From contig JBFKDW010000005.1 of assembly GCA_041619515.1 (NCBI GenBank), forward strand, positions 2,323-66,322: DNA of 64,000 bases, written 5' to 3'. Below, piece by piece: positions 9,519-18,267 of this stretch; the stretch's first letter is position 1, and the number at the start of each line of letters is the position of its first letter. Source of the DNA: Acidimicrobiia bacterium (GTDB lineage: Bacteria; Actinomycetota; Acidimicrobiia; Spongiisociales; SHLN01). A model generated the notes under the pieces. That model was not told the origin of the DNA. It worked only from the letters and a program-made list of their open reading frames with translations, and searched no databases. The position numbers and the translations under genes were made by a program.

Positions 9519-12326
9519 TCAGCCGCCCCCGCCGTCCTCTGCTTCCGGTGGCACGTACTCCCATCCGCTGCCGTGCGGCCGGAACACGTTGCCGTGGTCA
9601 TCGGTCCATCGCCCCGACGCGGTGTCGAGCTGATCCGGCGTCCGAAAGTCGAGGTTGGCGATGACCGGGCCGTTGACTCCATCTCGTATCTCGAGGTAGT
9701 AGAGATCGCCGGAGAACGGATTGTCGCTGCCCGGTCGGTCCGTCCCGACGTACACCGGCCCGACGCTGTCGTGCAGGCCTTCGATCGGCTCAAACTCCAG
9801 CGCGCCACCGAGCAGGCGCCACACCGAGCCACCGTTCGACGTCCAGAATCTGAGCCGGCCTTCGGTGGGCTCGATGGTCATGCGAACCCATTTGCGGCGC
9901 CCATCGGCGAACGACACGGGAATCTCCTGATTGGTGCCGAGGTCGACGAACCCGTCCTCGGAGAAATTGCCGACCAGCGCGGTGAAGATGTCGATCCCAA
10001 ACCGCCACGAGCGGTCATTGGGGTTCGAGTCATACTGGCCTGCGAACATCTGCCAGAACTCGGGCGTCCAGCGGTCGGGAGCCACCAGGACACGGACATC
10101 GAGGTCGCCCGAGCCGACGAAGTCCGAGGCCGAGAAATAGTCATCGGGGTCTCCGGGGAAGCGCATGAAACCGAGGGCAGCCGGAACCACGATGCACTCG
10201 CTGACACTGAACCGTTCGGGAGCCGTGGCCAGGGCGGTGCGATAGCAATACTCGGCCTCTCGTGCCCGCTCCGTGAGCCAGAGCTCGCGATCGGTGATGT
10301 CGGCACCCACCTGCATCCAATCGGCGCCGTCGCGCCGCTCCCACACGTCGACTCCCCGGCCCACCTGCACGGCCGGCCACGAGACAACGATCGTCGTTTC
10401 AACATCCCCATCCACCCGCATGAATGGAATCGGGGCCACCGGGTTGCTGATCGGGTCCGGTTCGAACACGATCGGCTCGATGGCCCTCTCCAGCACTTCC
10501 CCGCTGACCGTGCCGGCGCTGAGGTCCACGAGAGCGTCTGCGGCATCGATCCAGTTCGCCCCTGCTGCGCTCCAGATGACACCGGGCACTCGCGCCGAAG
10601 GCTCGATTCGTATGGTGGGGCTGCTGTCCGGGAGCTCGAACACCAGCTCGTGGACGAGCTGCTCGCCGGGGGGGATCTCGACCCACATGGCGACAACCTG
10701 CCCACTGCCGTCACTTCCCGATGCCACCAGGGACTCCACTCCGGCAAAGCGCGGCCGCACCGCGGCAGCCGGGACGTTCACCGACAGGATCCCCACGTAG
10801 GTTCCCGGCTCGTTGCCCAGCGCCAACGCCGGGCCCAGGACGTAATCGGGGAAGGCCGACTGGGCGGTGTTGTCGAGCCGGACCTCGACGGTGACCGTAC
10901 GGCCCTGTTCGCCGCGCTCGGACTCCAGCACCGCCGCCACGGTGAGGAAGCTGTCCAGCTTGTTGGCCCCCCGGTTGAGAACCGAAACCATCAAAGAATC
11001 GGGGTCCATCGCCCCGTCGATGCCAACGGACTGCCACGCCTGCTGCTGGACGGGCTGGCGAGACCAGGCCAGCAGGTGGCGGCCTGCGGCGGCATCCTGC
11101 ATCCGCTTGGCGAGGGTCACGAGGTCGATGTCGGTGCGATCGATAGCCTGCAGCGTGGCGGTCGAGACATCCTGGAGCCGATCGCGGCGCACCTCCACAT
11201 CGTCCTCCCAGTATTGGTCGAACAGCAGCTCGCGCACCACGCTCGAGTCGTCGATGATGCGTCCGTCGAGGTCGACGGGGCCGGTAGCCGCCAGAACCGC
11301 CGCCAGCGCGACCGGATCCAGAACTATTACTCCGTCGACCGTCTCGTCTTCGAGCTCTTCCCACATCGAAGCCGCCAGCTCGGCGTTGGCAGCGAAGCGC
11401 GGGCTGGCGCTCAGGTTGCGCCAGTCGCTGGCGATGTCGAGCCATCCCCAGCGTTGCGCAAGGTCGTCGTCGAGGATTTCGACACTGCCCGGCTCCAGCA
11501 GGATCTCGCCGGCCGGGCGCAGCCGGCGGACGTCGATCCGGCCGTTCGTGATCTCGACCGTCCCGGCCTGGAGGTACGAGCCGGAGCCGGCCCGCATCTC
11601 ACTGTTGTTGGCGGCGAGCAGCAAATAGGTTGTGGGACCCTCCAGGAACTCCGCCAGACCGGCGGCCGCCACTTCGACCTCGTCGAGCAAGTCACTGGCT
11701 TCCCCCAGCTCGGCGGTGAAGCGGATGCGGGCATCGGCCAGCGACCTCGTCAGGCCGCCGGCGGGCCCCAGGTCCAAATCGGCGAAGGACTGTTTGGTCC
11801 GCTGGACGATGGCGAGCGCCTCCCGGGCGACCCCAACCCGATCGGTCTCGGCAGCCACGGTGGCGAGCGCTTCCACATCTGCGGAAGCCACCGCCAGCGC
11901 CGTGGCAACCCGTGCGGCCGATCCGCTCAGCGCATCGGCCGACCTGATCTGCGTTCCCACCCACGGCATCAACCGCAGCGGGGACACCAGCCACGAGCGC
12001 ACCTCGCTCTGCGCCGTTTCGAAGTCCTCGGCGGCAGCCTCGAGGTCCGCCGTCAGCTCACCGTCGGCCACCGCATCGATGTTCACATCCTGTCTGACCG
12101 TCTCGAGGCGGCCGACGCCGGAGAGCGCCAGGTCGCGAGCCTGGAAGATGCGAGAGGCGGCGGCGTTGAGCCAGACCGCCACCAGCAAGGCGGCGACACC
12201 GATCACCCACGGCCAGCGTCGCCGTTTTGGTGGTGCGAGTGGCTCCCTCAGCTCTTCGGGAATGTCGACCTTCACGCCAATGAGGGTATCCCCAGTCCAC
12301 CATTCTGTCTCACAGGGTGAGGCCAC
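9519..12326 (-). CDS. DUF4012 membrane-anchored protein with C-terminal FN3-like and LamG/ConA-like extension
   Basis: N-terminal TM; DUF4012 core TYLLLAANNSEMRAGSG, NLSASPRFAANA, DGVIVLDP, NRGANKLD; about 300 extra C-terminal residues with the pattern VYVG...FSGDLYYLEI. Start possibly GTG 12275. Confidence 0.75.
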   Translation of the reverse strand: MASPCETEWWTGDTLIGVKVDIPEELREPLAPPKRRRWPWVIGVAALLVAVWLNAAASRIFQARDLALSGVGRLETVRQDVNIDAVADGELTADLEAAAEDFETAQSEVRSWLVSPLRLMPWVGTQIRSADALSGSAARVATALAVASADVEALATVAAETDRVGVAREALAIVQRTKQSFADLDLGPAGGLTRSLADARIRFTAELGEASDLLDEVEVAAAGLAEFLEGPTTYLLLAANNSEMRAGSGSYLQAGTVEITNGRIDVRRLRPAGEILLEPGSVEILDDDLAQRWGWLDIASDWRNLSASPRFAANAELAASMWEELEDETVDGVIVLDPVALAAVLAATGPVDLDGRIIDDSSVVRELLFDQYWEDDVEVRRDRLQDVSTATLQAIDRTDIDLVTLAKRMQDAAAGRHLLAWSRQPVQQQAWQSVGIDGAMDPDSLMVSVLNRGANKLDSFLTVAAVLESERGEQGRTVTVEVRLDNTAQSAFPDYVLGPALALGNEPGTYVGILSVNVPAAAVRPRFAGVESLVASGSDGSGQVVAMWVEIPPGEQLVHELVFELPDSSPTIRIEPSARVPGVIWSAAGANWIDAADALVDLSAGTVSGEVLERAIEPIVFEPDPISNPVAPIPFMRVDGDVETTIVVSWPAVQVGRGVDVWERRDGADWMQVGADITDRELWLTERAREAEYCYRTALATAPERFSVSECIVVPAALGFMRFPGDPDDYFSASDFVGSGDLDVRVLVAPDRWTPEFWQMFAGQYDSNPNDRSWRFGIDIFTALVGNFSEDGFVDLGTNQEIPVSFADGRRKWVRMTIEPTEGRLRFWTSNGGSVWRLLGGALEFEPIEGLHDSVGPVYVGTDRPGSDNPFSGDLYYLEIRDGVNGPVIANLDFRTPDQLDTASGRWTDDHGNVFRPHGSGWEYVPPEAEDGGGG

Positions 12327-12373
12327 GAGTGCACTCTGGGTGGATAGAAGGTCCAGCCGGGTATCGTCAGCGG

Positions 12374-13258
12374 ATGCCGAGTCGAATCCGAATCATGGCA
12401 GCCGCGTCGGTCCTCACCCTCGGCGCATGCGGCGGAACCGCCCAGCCGAGCCTGCCCGAGCCAGCTCCTGAAACAACGATCCGGCCTCCTGCCGCCCCCA
12501 CGAGCAGCACCGTCGCACCCACTACGGCGGCGACCACCACCACGACCATCTCGCCCTTTGCCCGGCCGGCCTGGCTGGGAACCCGCCCGCTCCCGCTGCG
12601 ACCCGACGAGCACGGTGAGGTCCGGCCGACGCCGGCGGAGCTGGTCGACCGCCGGCTGGCCACCCCCGATGATCTCCCACCTCCCTCCGGTGAAGGGTTC
12701 GAGTACTCGGTGGGGCCGGTGCCCGATGATGTTCTGGCACGGTCGAGCTGGTCGCCGGAGTGCCCGGTTGGTGTGGACGAGCTCGCCTACGTCACCGTCT
12801 CGCACGTCGGTTTCGACGGCATGGCCCACACCGGAGAGCTGCTCGTCAATGCCGACTGGGCCGATCAGGTGGTAGAGGTCTTCCGCACGCTGTACCTCAG
12901 CAAGTTCCCCATCGAGCAGATGCGGATCATTCGCGCCGAGGAAATCGATGCACCGCCGACCGGTGACTGGAACGACACGACGTCGTTCGTGTGCCGACCG
13001 GCGGTCGGAAGCTCGAGCTGGTCACAGCATGCCTACGGCCTGGCAATCGACATCAACCCGTTCCACAACCCGTACTCGAAAGGCGACCTGGTGCTCCCGG
13101 AGCTGGCCTCGGCGTACGTGGATCGTGCCGATGTACGCCCCGGCATGATCCAGTCGGGAGACGTGGTGGTGAGCGCCTTCGCCGACATGGGGTGGGTGTG
13201 GGGCGGATACTGGAACACGCTCAAGGATTGGATGCATTTCTCGGCCAGTGGCGGGTAA
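12374..13258 (+). CDS. M15-family (D-Ala-D-Ala carboxypeptidase-like) metallopeptidase lipoprotein
   Basis: Lipobox LGAC, Thr-rich linker, DTTSFVCR, WSQHAYGLAIDINP, WGGYWNTLKDWMHF. Confidence 0.9.
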   Translation: MPSRIRIMAAASVLTLGACGGTAQPSLPEPAPETTIRPPAAPTSSTVAPTTAATTTTTISPFARPAWLGTRPLPLRPDEHGEVRPTPAELVDRRLATPDDLPPPSGEGFEYSVGPVPDDVLARSSWSPECPVGVDELAYVTVSHVGFDGMAHTGELLVNADWADQVVEVFRTLYLSKFPIEQMRIIRAEEIDAPPTGDWNDTTSFVCRPAVGSSSWSQHAYGLAIDINPFHNPYSKGDLVLPELASAYVDRADVRPGMIQSGDVVVSAFADMGWVWGGYWNTLKDWMHFSASGG

Positions 13259-13534
13259 GGGGAACGCCTGCGGCGTTCCTTAGGAGTTGCTGCACAACTC
13301 CATGGTCGGGCGGCGTTCCTTAGGAGTTGCTGCACAACTCCATGGTCGGGCGGGAACGCCTACGGCGTACCTTAGGAGTTGCTGCACAACTCCATGGTCG
13401 GGCGGCGTTCCTTAGGAGTTGCTGCGCAACTCCATGGTCGGGCGGGAACGCCTGCGGCGTTCCTGGGGAGTTGCTGCACAACTCCATCCCCGAGCGGGGT
13501 TCCTGCGCGGTCGCTGCGCACCTCCATCCTCGTC
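13259..13534. repeat. Hierarchical palindromic tandem repeat: 3 x 92 bp, each [12 bp + 40 bp + 40 bp]; REP/BIME-like
   Basis: 40-mer CGGCGTTCCTTAGGAGTTGCTGCACAACTCCATGGTCGGG at 13271 and 13311, with 1 mismatch at 13363 and 13403, degenerate at 13455 and 13495. 12-mer (C/G)GGGAACGCCT(G/A) at 13259, 13351, 13443. Confidence 0.93.
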
Positions 13535-13723
13535 CGGGGCCGGCGGCAGCGGTGCCCTGTTGCCGTCCTGCCGCGGAAGGCGCGCAACTAGATGCGCCAA
13601 TGGTGGTACCGTGATAGCGGCGAGTGCAGGCTCATACAGAAACCTGCTCGCCGGGCCTCTACTGCTCTACCGCTTTGTTGAGTCGTGCCGGGGGCCGATC
13701 GAAGCAAAGAAACGGAAGAAGAC

Positions 13724-14977
13724 ATGCAGAGCCCCTCCCTCCACGAGGTCGAAACGGCCTCGTTCTCAGACCTTGGCGTATCCGATGACCTGGTCGCCGC
13801 CCTCGACCGCACAGGCATCACCGCACCTTTCCCCATCCAGGTCATGGCGATACCGGACGGCCTCGCCGGCCGGGATGTCTGCGGCAAGGCCCAGACCGGC
13901 TCTGGCAAGACGCTCGCCTTCGGCATCCCGCTCATCGAGCGAACCGTTGCCGCCGCACCCCACCGGCCGACCGCCCTGGTCCTGGTTCCGTCTCGCGAGC
14001 TGTGCGTCCAGGTCGCGCGTGAGCTGAAGCCGCTCGCTCGTGGTCGCGGGCACAGCCTGACCACCGTTTACGGCGGAGTCTCCATGGGCAGGCAGATTCA
14101 GGACCTCGAGAAGGGCGTCGAGATTCTCGTCGCTACCCCGGGCCGGCTGATCGACCTCATGGAGCGCAACGTCGTCAACCTCGGGGATGTTGTCACCGTG
14201 GTGATCGACGAAGCCGACCAGATGGCGGACATGGGCTTTCTACCGCAAGTGCATCGGGTGATGCGAGACATAGAGCGGGGTCACCAGACCATGCTGTTCT
14301 CGGCGACACTCGACGGGGCGATTGCGTCGCTCATCAACTCGTATCTGGAGGATCCGGTCCGTCACGAGGTGGAATCAGCCGGCGAGGTCATCGACACCCA
14401 GGAGCACCGTTTCGTAGCCGTCCATCAGCTCGACAAGGCGAAGGTGGCAGCGGCGATTGCCGCCTCCGTCGACCGGACACTGGTATTCGTGCGGACCAAG
14501 CGGGGAGCCGACAGGGTGGCCGAGCAACTGAATCGCGAGGGAGCACACGCAGCCGCCATTCACGGCGACCTCCGCCAGAACATTCGCGAGCGGTCCCTCA
14601 GCGACTTCTCGAAGGGGACGGTCCCCGTTTTGGTGGCTACCAATGTGGCCGCCCGCGGCCTGCACATCGACGATGTCGACATCGTGATCCACTACGACCC
14701 GCCCGACGACTACAAGAGCTTCATCCATCGCTCCGGCCGCACTGCCCGGGCCGGCGAAAGCGGGCTCGTCGTCACCCTGGTGCTGTGGGATCAAGTAGAA
14801 GATGTCCAGCGGCTGCAACGCGCCTCGGGCCTCCATTACGAGATCACGAAGATGTTCTCCAATGATCCACGGCTGGCGGACCTGGGCGGATTCGAGCCAG
14901 AAGAGGTCGAGTTCAGGAAGCCGTCGATGGCCGACCTGTCGCGCCGGGCCGGGGGACGGCGCCGGCGGCGCCGCTGA
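13724..14977 (+). CDS. DEAD-box ATP-dependent RNA helicase (RhlE/DeaD-like)
   Basis: Q motif (PFPIQ), AQTGSGKT, VPSRELC, TPGR, DEAD, SAT, ATNVAARGLHI, HRSGRTARAG; Arg-rich tail. ATG 13724 chosen. Confidence 0.96.
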   Translation: MQSPSLHEVETASFSDLGVSDDLVAALDRTGITAPFPIQVMAIPDGLAGRDVCGKAQTGSGKTLAFGIPLIERTVAAAPHRPTALVLVPSRELCVQVARELKPLARGRGHSLTTVYGGVSMGRQIQDLEKGVEILVATPGRLIDLMERNVVNLGDVVTVVIDEADQMADMGFLPQVHRVMRDIERGHQTMLFSATLDGAIASLINSYLEDPVRHEVESAGEVIDTQEHRFVAVHQLDKAKVAAAIAASVDRTLVFVRTKRGADRVAEQLNREGAHAAAIHGDLRQNIRERSLSDFSKGTVPVLVATNVAARGLHIDDVDIVIHYDPPDDYKSFIHRSGRTARAGESGLVVTLVLWDQVEDVQRLQRASGLHYEITKMFSNDPRLADLGGFEPEEVEFRKPSMADLSRRAGGRRRRRR

Positions 14978-15092
14978 GCCCGCCGGGTCGACCACATCGC
15001 CGTACCGCTGGGTTCCTCCGGAAAAACCGACTACCGTTAGCGGGTATTCGTCGGAGCCGCCAAATGGGCCCGACCGAGAAGGGAAACGACTG

Positions 15093-15353
15093 GTGAGTGT
15101 AAATATCTACGTAGGAAACCTTCCGTTCAGCGTCAACAACGCCGAACTGGAGGATCTCTTCACCGAGCACGGGACGGTGTCCTCGGCCCAGGTGATCATG
15201 GATCGGGAAACCGGTCGTTCCCGAGGTTTCGGGTTCGTTGAAATGGAGGGGGCCGATGCGGCACGGGCTGCCATCGAGGCTCTCGACGGGACCGAAGTCG
15301 AAGGCCGCCGCCTCAAGGTAAACGAGGCCAGAGAGCGACAGGGACGGCGCTAG
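15093..15353 (+). CDS. Single-RRM RNA-binding protein
   Basis: RNP2 IYVGNL and RNP1 RGFGFVEM; C-terminal LKVNEARER; GTG 15093 after AAGGG SD; 86 aa. Confidence 0.93.
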   Translation: MSVNIYVGNLPFSVNNAELEDLFTEHGTVSSAQVIMDRETGRSRGFGFVEMEGADAARAAIEALDGTEVEGRRLKVNEARERQGRR

Positions 15354-15371
15354 CCAACACCATCCAAGCGA

Positions 15372-15407
15372 AAGGGCCCGGACGCCTCGGCGTCCGGGCC
15401 CTTCTTC
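15372..15407. terminator. Intrinsic, probably bidirectional, terminator between convergent genes
   Basis: 14-bp stem AAGGGCCCGGACGC / GCGTCCGGGCCCTT with CTCG loop, followed by CTTC. Confidence 0.8.
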
Positions 15408-15415
15408 GTGAGGCA

Positions 15416-16708
15416 TCAGCGGACCGGAACCAAGCGGGCGACCGCCCCGTCCCAGGTGGCGATCAGCAGCTCACCGCCGCCGTCCACCCCGAAGGCATTG
15501 ATCTGGCCGGGCATGAGATCGGCCGTCCATTCTGCCGGGGCGGTGGCTTCACCGGACTCATACCTGAAGCTGCGAACCCACTCCCGCACCCAGTCTGCGT
15601 AGAAGTAATGTCCGACCAGCTCGGGGATCGCTGCGCCCCGATACACGTACCCGCCGGTGACCGATAGCCCTTCGCTGTGGCTGTATTCGACGACCGGAAG
15701 CACGTAGTCGGCGGGGTCGCAGTTGCTCTCGAAGAAGCAGCGGGTTCCTTCCATGGAGGGCCAGCCAAAGTTGTAGCCGTTCGGCTCGAGGGGGACCACG
15801 TCGATCTCCTCGCGCGAATCCTGGCCCACGTCACCGATATAGATGAGATTCTCCACCGGGTCGATGGCAAAGCGCCACGGGTTGCGGAGACCGTAGGCCC
15901 ACACCTCTGGGGCGCCGCCGACACCGTCGGCGAACGGATTGTCGGGCGGGATGGCGTAGGGCCGAGCGCCATCGACGTCTATTCGGAGAATGGCGGACAG
16001 GAGCGTCCCGGGGTCCTGGCCGTTTACGGAGGCCCCGCCGGCGCCCCCATCCCCGGTCGAGATGTACAGGAAACCGTCGGGCCCAAACTGCAGCATGCCG
16101 GCGTTGTGACGCTCGTCCGGCTGCGGTATCTCCAGCACGATCCGCGCCTCGGACTCATCGGCACGGTTGGGGTCATCGGTAACGGTGTGCTCGGCGACAA
16201 TCGAAGTGCCGGCCCGGTCGGTGTAGTAGACGAAGAAGCGACCGTTCGTCGCGTATGAGGGATGAAAGGCGAGCCCGAGGAGTCCCTGCTCGATACTGAT
16301 GGAGCCCACCTTGTTCCGGATATTCAGAAAGGGCTCGGGCAGCAATCCGTCGACCGGGTCGACGATCTTGATGCGACCCACCGCCTCGAGCACGAAGAGC
16401 CGCTCGTCCCCCGGCACCGCGGTCACGAACGTTGGGCGACTCAGTCCGGTGGCCAGAGTCTCCAGCGCCAGCCCCTGGAGGGGGTCTGGTGGGACGGTGG
16501 TGGTTGTCGGAGGAACCGTCGTGGTGGTTGTGGCGACGCTGCTGGTCGTGGTGGACGGGGCGACCGTGGTGGTCGTCGGGGCCGTGGTGGTGGCCGCCAC
16601 CGTCGTCGACGAGGCGTCGGTCGCATCCTCTGAACCGCGACATGACGCGGCGGTCAGTGCCACCAGCACAACGAGCAGCGTCGTGGGACGACGCATGACA
16701 GAAGACAT
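15416..16708 (-). CDS. PQQ-dependent sugar dehydrogenase (glucose/sorbosone dehydrogenase family) lipoprotein
   Basis: Lipobox AASC, Thr-rich linker, EQGLLGLAFHP, HNAGMLQFGPDG, YGLRNPWRF, GDVGQ, NFGWP, SVTGGYVYRG. Confidence 0.92.
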   Translation of the reverse strand: MSSVMRRPTTLLVVLVALTAASCRGSEDATDASSTTVAATTTAPTTTTVAPSTTTSSVATTTTTVPPTTTTVPPDPLQGLALETLATGLSRPTFVTAVPGDERLFVLEAVGRIKIVDPVDGLLPEPFLNIRNKVGSISIEQGLLGLAFHPSYATNGRFFVYYTDRAGTSIVAEHTVTDDPNRADESEARIVLEIPQPDERHNAGMLQFGPDGFLYISTGDGGAGGASVNGQDPGTLLSAILRIDVDGARPYAIPPDNPFADGVGGAPEVWAYGLRNPWRFAIDPVENLIYIGDVGQDSREEIDVVPLEPNGYNFGWPSMEGTRCFFESNCDPADYVLPVVEYSHSEGLSVTGGYVYRGAAIPELVGHYFYADWVREWVRSFRYESGEATAPAEWTADLMPGQINAFGVDGGGELLIATWDGAVARLVPVR

Positions 16709-16832
16709 GACGGAAGCATATGCAACCCAGTCCCAAGCCCAACGTCAGCATGTCGCCCCGGGTGGTGGGCCCGGCGGCATTCACCTCGCTCGGCTCTCGG
16801 GCCGGTCGGCCGAGAAGGAGAGCGGTCCGGTT

Positions 16833-17180
16833 CTAGAGGTCGTCGTCGAAGAACCCCCAGGGGACGATCGTGCCGTCTGCTGCGGTCCACGCCGACCCGG
16901 TGAGCGCCGAACCGGTGAGCGTGGCCAACCGGCTCTTGAGCCTGTCTCGCTGTTCGATCAATCTCGCCAGCTGCTGCATGACGGCTCCGATTGACTGGCG
17001 CACGTCGGCGAGTTGCTGCTGCAGCTGCTCTTGCTCGGTATCGGGCGGGGAAGCGGCTGGGCGTGCGTCGCGCAGGTCGACGGTGATGGTGGTCTGGGAC
17101 CCGACAGCAGTCGGGACCGGGTTGGGCATGACGGCAGAGTGGCTGGCTCGGGGGCGGATCTGTCGCATTGGGACCTCCAC
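16833..17180 (-). CDS. Hypothetical protein with Gln/Leu coiled coil
   Basis: Fills the gap between neighbouring minus-strand genes; heptad-like QEQLQQQLADVRQSIGAVMQQLARLIEQRDRLKSRL; start uncertain. Confidence 0.5.
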   Translation of the reverse strand: MEVPMRQIRPRASHSAVMPNPVPTAVGSQTTITVDLRDARPAASPPDTEQEQLQQQLADVRQSIGAVMQQLARLIEQRDRLKSRLATLTGSALTGSAWTAADGTIVPWGFFDDDL

Positions 17181-17298
17181 GTCGGCGGCTATGACGTGTT
17201 AGCCCTGGGTCCCTTCCCGGCAATCAGCATGCCACACGATGTCGGTCTCGTCCACCACCGATTTTTTCTTGGCCGCCGTACGGGGCGGAACGCACCCC

Positions 17299-17970
17299 TC
17301 ACAGCGGTCGGTGGGGGACCACATACCAGAGGATCATGAGGAAATGGAACAGGCTGCCGAGCACCACCAGGATATGGAATACCTCGTGGTGGGAGAAAAC
17401 GCGGGGGAACAGCTGCGGCCGCTCCGTTGCCAGCAGGACCAGTCCGATGGTGTACGAGAGGCCGCCGGCGATCATGAGCAGAATGGCGCCGCCGGAGAGG
17501 CGTCTAACGAGCTCGAGAAACGGGATGATGGCGAACCAACCCATGGTTGTTTGCAGCGCAATCGAGACCCAATCCGGCACCGTGGGAAAGGCGATCTTCT
17601 GGATGATCCCAACTGCGGCCGCTCCCCATACCACCGACAGGGTGACGAAACGCCATGAACCATCCAGCACGTTGATGGCGACGGGGGTGTATGTGCCGGC
17701 AACGAGCACGAAGATCATCGAGTGATCGACCCGCTGCATCCGTTGCTTCCACTTCGCCCGCCATGGAACGGAGTGATAGAGGGCGCTGGCGGTGTACAGA
17801 CCGATCAGGCTGCAGCCGAACACCACGACGCTGAACACGCGGGTGGGGTCGGGAGCGGATCGCAGAATGAGGAGGGCCATGCCGGCGGCCGAGATGACGG
17901 CGGCTGAACCATGCAGAAACCCACGCACGGGATTCGTCATCTTGCCGAGTCGCATCCGCTCCGTCATCAT
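17299..17970 (-). CDS. Hemolysin III / PAQR-family (TrhA-like) membrane protein
   Basis: LYTASALYH, DHSMIFVLVAGTYTP, GGLSYTIG, HHEVFHILVVLGS. Confidence 0.92.
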   Translation of the reverse strand: MMTERMRLGKMTNPVRGFLHGSAAVISAAGMALLILRSAPDPTRVFSVVVFGCSLIGLYTASALYHSVPWRAKWKQRMQRVDHSMIFVLVAGTYTPVAINVLDGSWRFVTLSVVWGAAAVGIIQKIAFPTVPDWVSIALQTTMGWFAIIPFLELVRRLSGGAILLMIAGGLSYTIGLVLLATERPQLFPRVFSHHEVFHILVVLGSLFHFLMILWYVVPHRPL

Positions 17971-18063
17971 CCAAATATCGTACCGCCGGTGCTCAACGTT
18001 GAGGCCATTTGGTGGCGGGGGCGATGGGGCGCCGGATTCTGCCGGAACGAATAACCTTGCCCG

Positions 18064-18267
18064 ATGTGCCGAAGCATCAAGACACTGCGAACGCCTGAAA
18101 TGCTGGTCTCGGATGACGATATCGAGGCAGCCGCCCTTCAATTCGTCCGCAAGATTTCCGGTTACCGGAAGCCTTCCCGGGCAAACGAAGCGGCGTTCAA
18201 TCTCGCCGTTCGCCAGATCAGCCGCTCGAGCCGCACACTTCTCGACAGCTTGGTGGTGCGCATCTAG
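18064..18267 (+). CDS. DUF2277 family protein
   Basis: MCRSIKTL...DIEAAALQFVRKISG...NEAAF pattern. Confidence 0.85.
   Translation: MCRSIKTLRTPEMLVSDDDIEAAALQFVRKISGYRKPSRANEAAFNLAVRQISRSSRTLLDSLVVRI

Noticed and set aside
9573-12320. 915-aa plus-strand ORF and similar long shadow ORFs (5..1003+, 2485..3948+, 5393..7717-, 26865..28376-, 42568..44034-)
   Set aside because: Antisense shadows of recognisable genes, expected from GC-rich codon bias; no motifs of their own.
13259-13534. CRISPR array
   Set aside because: Palindromic repeats abut each other or are separated by the same 12-mer; no unique spacers and no cas genes in the window.
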